Shown here: positions 1 through 7,804 of the stretch, in pieces
Numbering within the stretch: position 1 is the stretch's first letter
Layout of the letters: each line of letters starts with the position of its first letter
Notes under the pieces: generated by a model
Databases searched by the model: none
The model's input: only the letters and a program-made list of their open reading frames with translations
Told to the model about the DNA's origin: nothing
Translations under genes and position numbers: made by a program
Source: a virus
Direction: 5' to 3' (one strand)
Virus record (IMG/VR): IMGVR_UViG_3300010371_000014
Location: 1 to 46,624 of that record
DNA length: 46,624 bases

Positions 1-123
1 CGTTGCAAGTACCTGTCTCAGCTGATCCCAGCCTCTTCGAAAGTATCATCAGTTCGTTCTTGCCGAACTATTATCTGCGCGTGCGTAGCGATGGACTCGG
101 GGTCGAAGGTGTCACGAACGTCA
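1..123. repeat. Left copy of an exact 123-bp terminal direct repeat (identical to 46502-46624). Indicates a circular assembly overlap or terminal redundancy, with a unit genome of 46,501 bp.
   Basis: Base-by-base comparison of 1-123 (cgttgcaagtacctgtctcagctg...gtcacgaacgtca) with 46502-46624 shows identity over the whole length to the window end. Confidence 0.95.
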
Positions 124-1370
124 TCGCTGATCCGGGATTCATTCAGAGCGGTGCTGGTGCTGTGCTTCGCACGGCGAACGCCAAGATGGCCGAGCAAGTC
201 AGCGTCAAAGACTTCGGCGCGGTCGGCGATGGTGTGACTGACGATACGTTGGCATTCCAGGAAGCGTACAACTCACTCAGTGCAGTGTTCGGCGGTGAAA
301 TCTTCGTGCCGCCTGGCATCTATAAGATGAATCTGACAATCATCAAGTCAGGGGTAACGTTGCGCGGCGTCGGCGGCATGGGCGGCTTCGGCAAGGCCAC
401 GTGTTTCTCGTACCTCGTGCCGAGCGATACGACGATCCCCGTCCTGACCATCGGGAACGGGACGACCCTGTGCGACGGCTTCAAACTGCGGAACATCTCG
501 ATCCAAGGTCCCGTCGGTGCACACTACGGCATGCGTATTGGCGGAGCGATCAACTGCAGCTACGAGGACTTCTGTATTCAAGGGTTCGATACTTACGGCA
601 TCTACATCACGTCCAGCGCGACGCAGGCGACCGCGTACCAGTTCTTCTCGCATTTTGCGGTCAATACGCGAAACGGCGCGAGCGCGGTCGGGATCGATCT
701 GCTCTACGGCGGGTCGTTCACCGCGGCGATCTACTTCGCCAACGGAGCGGTCCAGACAGGGAACACAGCGCTGGCGGCCATGCGGAACGACGGGTGTGTG
801 ATCCGTCTGGCAAACATGTGGGTGCAGGTCGGCGTCAGCGGTGCCGGCCTGAACAGCAAGAATGTCGGGAAGTTCTACATGAACGGCGTACAGATCGATA
901 GCAATCTGAGCACCGACGTGCTACTGACGATCGATGTCGATACCGTCGTGTCTGATCGCTTTATCGGCAACTTCAACTGCGACGGCGTCATGGCGACGTC
1001 CGGGGGGAACACGGCCGGGTTGACCGGCACCAGCAACTATCTTGCTAATGAACCATTCCTGCTCTATCCGTATATTCAAGGGGCGATGTACTTTACCGAC
1101 TCGTCGCTTGCTCCCCATGCATGGCACAACGTCGCAGATCAGACTGTCGGAATCCAGCGTGCAGGAACACAGCTGCGTTTCACTGGCGACATTCGCTTCA
1201 TGAACACCACGAAACTTGCCTTCTTCGGTGTCGGTCCGCAAGCGCAGATCGCTGCACCTGCTGCACCCAACAACCAAACTGGAGCGTATGTACAGGCTGA
1301 TGTGCAATCCATCGTCACGGCAGTCAATGCGATTCTCGCGCTACTCCATAACTACGGACTGAGCACATGA
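3..1370 (+). CDS. Tailspike / depolymerase, C-terminal 455 codons. This is the continuation of 46126..46624 across the genome junction; the full protein is about 581 aa.
   Basis: The ORF is open at the window edge. Position 3 equals 46504 and is in frame with the ATG at 46126. VSVKDFGAVGDGVTDDTLAFQEAY matches the N-terminal signature of pectate-lyase-3 / right-handed beta-helix tailspikes, and G/N/T-rich beta-helix-like repeats follow. The TGA at 1368-1370 overlaps the next ATG. Confidence 0.8.
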   Translation: MQVPVSADPSLFESIISSFLPNYYLRVRSDGLGVEGVTNVIADPGFIQSGAGAVLRTANAKMAEQVSVKDFGAVGDGVTDDTLAFQEAYNSLSAVFGGEIFVPPGIYKMNLTIIKSGVTLRGVGGMGGFGKATCFSYLVPSDTTIPVLTIGNGTTLCDGFKLRNISIQGPVGAHYGMRIGGAINCSYEDFCIQGFDTYGIYITSSATQATAYQFFSHFAVNTRNGASAVGIDLLYGGSFTAAIYFANGAVQTGNTALAAMRNDGCVIRLANMWVQVGVSGAGLNSKNVGKFYMNGVQIDSNLSTDVLLTIDVDTVVSDRFIGNFNCDGVMATSGGNTAGLTGTSNYLANEPFLLYPYIQGAMYFTDSSLAPHAWHNVADQTVGIQRAGTQLRFTGDIRFMNTTKLAFFGVGPQAQIAAPAAPNNQTGAYVQADVQSIVTAVNAILALLHNYGLST

Positions 1371-1660
1371 TGACCGCCGAACGTCGCCGCTCCAGCCGCG
1401 TGTACGGCTGGCTTGTGACCGCTGGCATGGCCATACTGGGCTACATGGCTGTCAATATGTGGAACTCCAAGGCCAACGTGCTTGACTTGCAGGCACAGGA
1501 TGCACGACAGACGATCAATCTGCAGAACCACATTCAAGCTGAGCAGATGCTGCGACTGGAAGATAGTCTCTGGAAAGAAGATGAACATGCCATGGTGCTT
1601 GAACTGCTGTGTCATCAAATGCCGAAGAGCCGGAGGTGCACTGATGGACGTAACAACTGA
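1367..1660 (+). CDS. Lysis-cassette membrane protein with one N-terminal TM and a coiled-coil-like tail (antiholin, holin partner or spanin-like). Function unresolved.
   Basis: ATGA overlap with the tailspike stop. The basic N-terminus RRRSSR is followed by the hydrophobic stretch VYGWLVTAGMAILGYMAV, then a Q/E/L-rich helix. It lies immediately upstream of the holin and endolysin. Confidence 0.5.
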   Translation: MMTAERRRSSRVYGWLVTAGMAILGYMAVNMWNSKANVLDLQAQDARQTINLQNHIQAEQMLRLEDSLWKEDEHAMVLELLCHQMPKSRRCTDGRNN

Positions 1661-1895
1661 GGAAGTCAAGGTGGTGAAAGCCGCCACGGGATTCCTCGAA
1701 GAAGCACCGGGGATCTGGAGTTCATCGCGCCTGTTGGCCTTTCTGTTCTTCGGTGCGGTGGCCGTGGTCGTCATCGTGGCCTGTGTGATTGCACTCACGA
1801 AGCCCAGCGCCGCCGTGCTCGGCAGCATGGCCGGTATCATCACTGCGCTTGGCGGCTGCGGTGCCATCATCCATAGCAACCGGAACGACACATGA
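1644..1895 (+). CDS. Holin-like protein, 83 aa, two TM segments.
   Basis: I chose the internal ATG at 1644 because GGAGGTG at 1632-1638 precedes it. TM1 is LLAFLFFGAVAVVVIVACVIAL and TM2 is AAVLGSMAGIITALGGCGAII, with a charged C-terminus. The stop overlaps the endolysin ATG (ATGA). Confidence 0.65.
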   Translation: MDVTTEEVKVVKAATGFLEEAPGIWSSSRLLAFLFFGAVAVVVIVACVIALTKPSAAVLGSMAGIITALGGCGAIIHSNRNDT

Positions 1896-2314
1896 TCACC
1901 TGGCGTGTGGATCGGACACAGGTGCAGGCACCGTTCGCTGATGACATCGACCAGGTCCTCAGCGCTGATCTCGCGACATGGGTCATCACGTATGGCATTC
2001 GGACATTCGCTGAGCAAGATGCGTTGTATGCGAAGGGTCGCGATGCGGCGGGCAACGTGATTGATGCAGACGCTGTCGTCACCGAAGCGAAGGGCGGACA
2101 ATCACCGCACAACTTCGGCTTGGCCGTGGACGTCACCCTAGAGAAGGACGGGAAGGATGACTGGGATTACAACACCGACCCGGATTGGCAGCGGCTGTAC
2201 CGTACGATCGATGCACACCCCAGACTCCACTCGGGGATTCACTTTCCCGTGCCCGACGGTGACCACATCGAGGTGGTGCACTGGCGACAGCACATTCCAC
2301 AGGAGACAACATGA
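1892..2314 (+). CDS. Endolysin, peptidase M15 (VanY / L-alanyl-D-glutamate or D-Ala-D-Ala peptidase-like).
   Basis: The zinc-ligand pattern of the M15 family is present: QSPHNFGLAVD (SxHxxGxAxD) and PDGDHIEV (DxxH). The size of 140 aa and the position after the holin also fit. Confidence 0.8.
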   Translation: MITWRVDRTQVQAPFADDIDQVLSADLATWVITYGIRTFAEQDALYAKGRDAAGNVIDADAVVTEAKGGQSPHNFGLAVDVTLEKDGKDDWDYNTDPDWQRLYRTIDAHPRLHSGIHFPVPDGDHIEVVHWRQHIPQETT

Positions 2315-2508
2315 AAGATTGCCTCGCGATGCTCGCGATCACGGCGTGCGTGATCGTTGGTGCATGCTTCATCATGAATAACTACTTCCACAAGAAGTAC
2401 GCGGCGATGGTGTCACAGGGGCACATAGATGTGCTCAACGCTGCAACCGACGTGCAGAAAGCGGCGGCTGATGTCAAAGCGGCGGTCGCTGCGGTGCAGG
2501 GCAAGTGA
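2311..2508 (+). CDS. Small membrane protein in the lysis cassette, 65 aa.
   Basis: ATGA overlap with the endolysin stop. The N-terminal hydrophobic stretch CLAMLAITACVIVGACFIM contains a lipobox-like ITAC, but the sequence stays hydrophobic after the Cys, so a signal-anchor is more likely than a lipoprotein. The tail is Ala/Lys-rich and helical. Confidence 0.45.
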   Translation: MKDCLAMLAITACVIVGACFIMNNYFHKKYAAMVSQGHIDVLNAATDVQKAAADVKAAVAAVQGK

Positions 2509-3035
2509 CGACGGGACAGAAAGCGATTGCCGGTCTCATCGCACTTGGCATCGTGCTTGCAGGGACTGCCGGCGTCAAGTCGCATCTCGAAGCCGACGGT
2601 GCGGTGCAGTACGCGGTGCGCGATGACGTCGCAGTCATGAAAGTGCTTCGGGCGGCTGGGAACGCAATCAGCAGTGTCTACAGGACTGACACACTGCGTC
2701 TGGTGCAGCAGGTCGCCACGCATGACACGATGGTGCAGCATCTCATCGATACGGCCATCGTGGAGCATCACGACACGGTGTCAGTGCCCGTGCAAGTGCT
2801 CGTTGATGATCAGCAGACGATCAAAGCTTGCATGGTCGTGCGTACAGAATGTGAGGCTGGCTGGGCGAACGCGCGCGCACAAGTTGCTGATCTGTCTGCG
2901 CAGCTGCAGAAGGTCAAGCAACTGCAGCCTTCACCGTGGCTGCCGCATCCCGGTCTCGGTGTTGCAGCGGGCATCAATCCGAGCGGGAAGTTCGACGTCG
3001 TGGCCGGATTGACATTTGCCTGGAAGTTCCCCTGA
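2505..3035 (+). CDS. i-spanin-like protein: N-terminal TM, periplasmic coiled coil, aromatic C-terminus.
   Basis: Overlaps the upstream stop. The TM is AIAGLIALGIVLAGTAGV and the coiled-coil-like stretch is ARAQVADLSAQLQKVKQLQ. It ends in GLTFAWKFP and is the last gene of the rightward arm. Confidence 0.45.
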   Translation: MTTGQKAIAGLIALGIVLAGTAGVKSHLEADGAVQYAVRDDVAVMKVLRAAGNAISSVYRTDTLRLVQQVATHDTMVQHLIDTAIVEHHDTVSVPVQVLVDDQQTIKACMVVRTECEAGWANARAQVADLSAQLQKVKQLQPSPWLPHPGLGVAAGINPSGKFDVVAGLTFAWKFP

Positions 3036-3276
3036 CCAAGTAGCGGCGGTTCGGATCGACAGAAAGCTCGGACGGTCGCCACGGCCCTCCGAGCTTTTTG
3101 CTGGCGAGGCGTGCCCCGAGCGCGAAGTAGAATGCCACCGCTGCACGGCTCTGCTGACGATCCAGGGGCAAAGACGCTTGCAAACGGCGAGCTACCTCGC
3201 CTAGCCGGTCTCTGCGGCGTATCGTCACGGTAACACCGCGTTTCGGAATCACGATGAATGGATCGTACAGCGTCAT
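2974..3276 (-). CDS. Small basic protein, possibly a ribbon-helix-helix DNA binder (100 aa). Last gene of the leftward arm.
   Basis: The ATG at 3276-3274 forms an ATGA overlap with the stop of the RuvC-like gene. VTVTIRRRDRLGEVARRLQ...SRAAVAFYFALGARLA fits a beta-strand/helix/helix pattern. The Arg-rich C-terminal 35 aa overlaps the spanin-like gene and contains the 3063-3097 hairpin, so the functional 3' end is doubtful. Confidence 0.35.
   Translation of the reverse strand: MTLYDPFIVIPKRGVTVTIRRRDRLGEVARRLQASLPLDRQQSRAAVAFYFALGARLASKKLGGPWRPSELSVDPNRRYLVRGTSRQMSIRPRRRTSRSD
3063..3097. terminator. Hairpin at the convergence point of the two transcription arms; possible bidirectional terminator.
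   Basis: aaagctcgga (3063-3072) pairs perfectly with tccgagcttt (3088-3097), giving a 10-bp stem and a 15-nt loop. An A-run lies on the 5' side and a T-run (3095-3099) on the 3' side. It sits 28 nt after the plus-strand stop at 3035. Confidence 0.35.
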
Positions 3277-3881
3277 GGCAATCTCCACATGATAGGGGTA
3301 CTGATCAGGTCACGTTCCGAGACCGTGGACATGTCACCGAGCCACGCGACCGGCTCGTACCAGAGCGTCTGGAGGATGTGCTGCTGTGCTTCGCGGATAC
3401 TCGTGAGGTGTTGGAGGAAGACCTGATGCTGCATCATGAAGCTCCCGAGCACGCGCCAGGCCGACAGGCCGTGACTCCAGTTTGCGGCGCGGCCGTGCCG
3501 CCAGTGCTTTTCACGCCATTGCATGATGATCGGCCAGAACGGCATACGCTCCAGATCGTTGGGATTGCCAGTCCCGACCGTGTGGAAGCCCAGTCCATTG
3601 TCCTCGGCGACGTACTGGAGTGCGCCGAGCAGTCGTGGCGCTTTCGGTTCGGCCCAGCGCTGATGTCCAACACCACGTTGTTGGTACTTCTCCACAATGA
3701 GGCCGGTCGGATTGGTCCGCATAATCTCCGTCACCGTTTCGTGCAGTGTGCGTGGCGTGGCATGCACGACTGAGGCAAAGGCGCTGTAGCGCGTGCCGAA
3801 GAGTTCCAACGTTGCGACGCCGCACCAGGCATCGCCGGGATCGACGGCAGTCAGACGGATGGCCGGTGGGTTCTGTCTCAT
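3273..3881 (-). CDS. RuvC-like Holliday-junction resolvase / endonuclease.
   Basis: The N-terminal IRLTAVDPGDAWCGVA resembles the RuvC xIDPG catalytic Asp motif, and IVEKY supplies an acidic residue. It has a 4-nt overlap with the DNA polymerase stop. Assignment is by motif only. Confidence 0.45.
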   Translation of the reverse strand: MRQNPPAIRLTAVDPGDAWCGVATLELFGTRYSAFASVVHATPRTLHETVTEIMRTNPTGLIVEKYQQRGVGHQRWAEPKAPRLLGALQYVAEDNGLGFHTVGTGNPNDLERMPFWPIIMQWREKHWRHGRAANWSHGLSAWRVLGSFMMQHQVFLQHLTSIREAQQHILQTLWYEPVAWLGDMSTVSERDLISTPIMWRLP

Positions 3882-5764
3882 AGTTTGATCTTCACCTTGT
3901 TTTGCCAGTTATCGGAGGCACCGCTCATGTCGGCGATGATGGGCACTTTGTACGACTTCAGATCACGCATGAGGCGCAGCACACGGCGATCGGTGGCTGG
4001 ATCACCTTCGGATTCGTACACGAGCTCGTCGTGAATGATGAGGAGGAGTGCGAGCTCACCGCGATTGAGCTGGCACTCCCGGTAGACATTGACCAACCCT
4101 TCCTTGGCTTTGATGCCTGCGGTGCCCTGCACCTTCGTGTTGAACGCAGCGTACCACCGATCGTCACCCTCGTCGAAGAAGCGATGTCCGCCGAAGGCGT
4201 TCATCATGTAGCCGCGCTTCTCAGCCGCTTTGGCCTCACTGCGAATGATGCCGGTGAGCTTCGGCATGCTCTCGTTGAACCGTGCAATGATGCAGCGGGC
4301 GAGGACACGCCACGGCGTGAGACCAGGCGGGATGGATTCTTTGAATGCGCGACAGCCAGCCCGCGCTTCTTTTTCATCAATGAGATTGATGAGCTGTTCG
4401 GTTACTTTATTCTCACCGCCGCCGAAGAGCTTTGTGAAGTTGATGATCTTGGCAAACTTGCGGTGTTGTGATTCAGGATCGTAGAGCTTACCGAACATTC
4501 GGCTCGCTGCCGACCCATGCGTATCAAAATCCGGATCGTTGATGAATCCCTCGATGAGGCTTCGTTCGTTCGCAAAGTGCGCGGCAAAGCGCATCTCAAC
4601 TTGTGAATAGTCAGCGAACCGAAACACCAGCCCCTTTCGTGGACGGTAGGCACGTCGTACTCCCGAGACGCGGGTCTGCTGTTGAAGGTTTGGATCACTA
4701 CAACTGGAGCGCCCCGTGTTCGCGCCCGTCGACTTGAGTGTGCAGTGAATGAGACCGTTGGGCGTGAGTGCCTCAAGCAGACTATTCGCATACGAGCTCC
4801 ACTGCTTGAAGGTTTCGCGGTATTTCACCAACAGCGGGCCAATGGAGTGACTCAGATTCAATAGGGCGACGGCGTCCGTCTTCGGCCCGCCGTCAAGCCC
4901 CATGTCTTCATAAAGCAACTTCTGTAGCTGCTGCCAACTGTTCCAGTTGATTTCTTTCCCGGCCACCTTGATCAGGCGGGCGCGCTGCTTCTCGAGATCG
5001 AGCTTGAGTTCGTCGCGCCATTGCTCGAGGAAGCGCCGGCTCGTCTTGATGCCGCGTGCCTCCATATCACGGAACGCTAGCAGCACCCACTGCTCACGTT
5101 CGTAGACGCTCAGCAGCGATGGGAATGGCGCTTCCTTCCCATTGTCTGGCTGTGCCCAGTTGCAGATACGTGGGTAGAACTGGCGGTGGAGTTCAAGCGT
5201 GTACCACGGGTCGAGTGCGCTGTACTTCGTGAAGAGTGGTTCATCTTCGGTACCGAGCAGGATCGCCCAGTCACCCTTATCCTTGCCGCCGCGTCGCTTG
5301 ATCGCCTCCATCAACTGTTCTTCGTGACTCCCAGCTTGTCGATCGATGTAGGTCGTGGCGAGCGGCTTGAGACTGTGCGGCGACTTCGTCCGCCAGCCGA
5401 AGGCGTTCGCGCCACGATTGTCAATGACGAAGCTCTCCACGGCGGTGTCATGCACAGGGTACGGAAAGTGCAATCCGAATGTTTCTCGAAGCATGTGCAT
5501 ATCAAACTTGGCGTTGTGGAAGACGAACGTGCGTCGCCGCCTGATCTGATCACGCACATAGCGTGCGGCCTTCGGCACAGCATCACGCAATGCACAGATG
5601 GCCGTGTGCCCTGCCGCCAGGTTGATGGTGCCGACCCGCTCCGTCCGCCAGTTGAGGCCGGACGTTTCGGTATCGAGGGCAAGCACGCTGGAGCCCAGCT
5701 TGGCGAATGCTTCGTCGCATCCGTCAGCGGTGTCCAGGATGATCATCTCCTTGGGCTTCTTCAT
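3878..5764 (-). CDS. Family A DNA polymerase with 3'-5' exonuclease domain (T7 gp5 / PolI-like), 628 aa.
   Basis: Exonuclease motifs: LALDTETSGL, FHNAKFDMHML and YSALDPWYTLEL. Polymerase motifs: A DYSQVEMRFAAH, B RKFAKIINFTKLFGGG, C LIIHDELVYE. I set the start at MKKPKEM (ATG 5764) because it makes an ATGA overlap with the upstream gene. The longer ORF to 5905 is Arg/His-rich and overlaps that gene. Confidence 0.92.
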   Translation of the reverse strand: MKKPKEMIILDTADGCDEAFAKLGSSVLALDTETSGLNWRTERVGTINLAAGHTAICALRDAVPKAARYVRDQIRRRRTFVFHNAKFDMHMLRETFGLHFPYPVHDTAVESFVIDNRGANAFGWRTKSPHSLKPLATTYIDRQAGSHEEQLMEAIKRRGGKDKGDWAILLGTEDEPLFTKYSALDPWYTLELHRQFYPRICNWAQPDNGKEAPFPSLLSVYEREQWVLLAFRDMEARGIKTSRRFLEQWRDELKLDLEKQRARLIKVAGKEINWNSWQQLQKLLYEDMGLDGGPKTDAVALLNLSHSIGPLLVKYRETFKQWSSYANSLLEALTPNGLIHCTLKSTGANTGRSSCSDPNLQQQTRVSGVRRAYRPRKGLVFRFADYSQVEMRFAAHFANERSLIEGFINDPDFDTHGSAASRMFGKLYDPESQHRKFAKIINFTKLFGGGENKVTEQLINLIDEKEARAGCRAFKESIPPGLTPWRVLARCIIARFNESMPKLTGIIRSEAKAAEKRGYMMNAFGGHRFFDEGDDRWYAAFNTKVQGTAGIKAKEGLVNVYRECQLNRGELALLLIIHDELVYESEGDPATDRRVLRLMRDLKSYKVPIIADMSGASDNWQNKVKIKL

Positions 5765-5985
5765 GCGAAGTGCATTTCCTTCTGCTGTACGCGAAGGTTG
5801 ATTTCGTTGATGAGATCGATTGGCAAGTTCAACCACGTGCCGGTGCGGTGCACCTCGCCATCTTCGATCTCTTTGATGTCCTCGACGTTGCGTGCGATGA
5901 TGCACTGACTCGGCATGAGAATCTTCTCTGCCATGTATCTGCGTGCCTGCTCATAGTTGCCGGCGAGGATGATGTGCTTCTTCAT
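5761..5985 (-). CDS. Hypothetical protein, 74 aa.
   Basis: A compact ORF with protein-like composition (MKKHIILAGNYEQARRYMAEK...). It is translationally coupled to the polymerase and lies 2 nt after the upstream gene. Confidence 0.55.
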   Translation of the reverse strand: MKKHIILAGNYEQARRYMAEKILMPSQCIIARNVEDIKEIEDGEVHRTGTWLNLPIDLINEINLRVQQKEMHFA

Positions 5986-5987
5986 GG

Positions 5988-6713
5988 CTAGAACACCCCC
6001 TCGTCGGCATCTTTTGCATACAGGTGCAGTGAGCCGGTGAAGAACGTGAAGTGCCCGACCGGCATGACCAGCAGCTTCGCCAGGTACTCTTGCAAGCGGA
6101 TGGCGAGTGCAACGTCGTACGGGAAGTGTGTCAAGAAGTCGCTAGACCGCATGACGTAGATCAGCTGGAGCGCGCCGTTGCGACGCATGAACTGATAGTG
6201 CAGCGAGCAGGGGATGCGCTTCTTTCCGCCCATGTTGCGCAGGTCCATCGGCCCGCAGAAGATGGGCAGGACGGCCTGTCGCGTATCGGGATGATCATGC
6301 AGCTCGTGAAACACGGCTGCCAGCGCACCTGGCGCTTTGATCGGACCAGTGAAGTCCACTGGCATGTTCATGCGCTCAGAATACGTGTAGGCGAATGCGC
6401 CGTTGTGGATGAACTGCGACCAGACTTCGCGCCGCAGTTCCCACGCCGTGCCGGGATTGACCATGTCCGTGATGCGCTCAGCGAACTCCGCTTCGAGCCA
6501 TGTGCTGCTGAGCTCGAGGCTGTCCAGCAGTCCCTTGGCGTCACTGCCGTCGACGATCGTGAAGCCGTAGGGTGACAGTTCCAGTGTTCGGTAGTCCTGA
6601 TTATCGCGGACATCTTTGTCCTGCATGGTTTGGGGATGTACCATGACCCCCATTTCATGGATGTCGCGACGCACATCTGAGTACATCTCTCGGCAGTTTT
6701 GGTAGATACGCAC
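5988..6713 (-). CDS. Thymidylate-synthase-fold pyrimidine C5 enzyme, predicted deoxycytidylate hydroxymethylase or methylase (T4 gp42-like).
   Basis: The nucleophile motif KRIPCSLHYQF is present. YVMRSSDFLTHFPYDVA aligns with ThyA YQRSCDVFLGLPFNIAS, placing Asp at the Asn177-equivalent position. The C-terminal GSLHLY and DTRQAV (phosphate-binding Arg region) also fit. Confidence 0.65.
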   Translation of the reverse strand: MRIYQNCREMYSDVRRDIHEMGVMVHPQTMQDKDVRDNQDYRTLELSPYGFTIVDGSDAKGLLDSLELSSTWLEAEFAERITDMVNPGTAWELRREVWSQFIHNGAFAYTYSERMNMPVDFTGPIKAPGALAAVFHELHDHPDTRQAVLPIFCGPMDLRNMGGKKRIPCSLHYQFMRRNGALQLIYVMRSSDFLTHFPYDVALAIRLQEYLAKLLVMPVGHFTFFTGSLHLYAKDADEGVF

Positions 6714-6715
6714 GA

Positions 6716-7804
6716 TTAGCTCCGCTTCAGGTGTCTGAGGATTTGAGGGATGAGATAGCGAGGGAAACGCGACGGAACCGCCTTGCCTGTGAAGAGCTGT
6801 AGACGGGCGTGATAGGCTCGGTTGAAGATGCGCTGTCCATTCCAGAGATGGAAGTCATCGGGCCAGTCCATAAGGCGTGCGCGCTCACGTGCCGTAAGAA
6901 CCATACCCGTGAGCGGGTGCTGTAGAGTGCCTCCTGAAATGACGCGAGATTTCCCATCGAGCAAAAGACGTACACGTCCGAGCTTCTTTGTAAGTCGATG
7001 AGTTGTCCGAGTACGGTACGGCCAGCACGCCATTGGATGGAGAGCAAGGTATCGAGCCGCCAGCTCCCCTTGGGTCCGAATGTAGGCAGGCGGGTCATCC
7101 GTTGTAGGGTAGCTTCCCGACGGCAGGTCATCAAGCGCGGCGTGGACGTGCGCCAACGATGGTAGATCTTCAACCATTGGTAGATCACTTATGGCCTCCC
7201 AGACCGTGGCCGGCCCGCTGAGTCGGTGCTTTGGGACTTTGAGCTCGAACTTCTTCCCGGGTTTTCGGATCCCGACCACCCAGAGTCGCTCGCGCCGCTG
7301 CGGAGTCCCATAGTCCCAGTTGACCATGGTGATGTAGGTGAGATGGTACTTGGGAAGCGTAGACTCCCACCAGGCAGGCGTGGCTACCCTCTGGAGAATC
7401 TTCGGCAGATTGTCCAACGCAAACGCCCGAGGACGATATGTATTGACCAGCCCTGCGAAGAGAGGAAGCAACCCCACGCGACTGGCCCGACGTGCAGCCA
7501 GAAAAGCACGCTCCGCAGGGTCTTTGTCAAGCGAATGCGCCACGCCCAAGATACTGTGCGCCCCGCATGGCGGATGTCCCAAGGCAAGATCAGCTTCATA
7601 GAAGTTGTGCTCCAAGTGCACTTCAATGGTTCTGCCTTCATCAAGCTTATAAATGCATGGTGCATTCGGGAAGTTGAGATTCCAGACATCTGGGATCGTG
7701 CGATACGGCGCGCGTGTTTCGATATTGCCAATCACTTGCATACCAGCATCCTGCGCCTCGCGGAGCAGCGTACCGATGCCGGCTAGGATGCCGACGGCTC
7801 GCAC
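6716..7804 (-). CDS. DNA (cytosine-5)-methyltransferase-like protein with divergent catalytic motifs, 362 aa.
   Basis: Motif I ILAGIGTL, motif IV GHPPCGAHS (consensus PCQxFS), motif VI ALDNLP (consensus ENV), motif VIII QRRERLWVVG, motif IX LTARERARLMDWPDDF, motif X GKAVPSRF (consensus GNAVP). The GTG start at 7804-7802 shares one base with the upstream TAG. Confidence 0.75.
   Translation of the reverse strand: MRAVGILAGIGTLLREAQDAGMQVIGNIETRAPYRTIPDVWNLNFPNAPCIYKLDEGRTIEVHLEHNFYEADLALGHPPCGAHSILGVAHSLDKDPAERAFLAARRASRVGLLPLFAGLVNTYRPRAFALDNLPKILQRVATPAWWESTLPKYHLTYITMVNWDYGTPQRRERLWVVGIRKPGKKFELKVPKHRLSGPATVWEAISDLPMVEDLPSLAHVHAALDDLPSGSYPTTDDPPAYIRTQGELAARYLALHPMACWPYRTRTTHRLTKKLGRVRLLLDGKSRVISGGTLQHPLTGMVLTARERARLMDWPDDFHLWNGQRIFNRAYHARLQLFTGKAVPSRFPRYLIPQILRHLKRS

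Noticed and set aside
3878-5905. Longer N-terminal extensions of several ORF-track entries: DNA polymerase to 5905, 16156..16803, 7804..8472, 8421..9011, 19776..20159, 21568..22014, 18326..19258, 29098..30306 and 31294..32646.
   Set aside because: In each case the extension overlaps the upstream gene and is Arg/His/Pro-rich. An internal ATG gives an ATGA/TAATG junction or follows a GGAG-type Shine-Dalgarno sequence, so I used the shorter coordinates.
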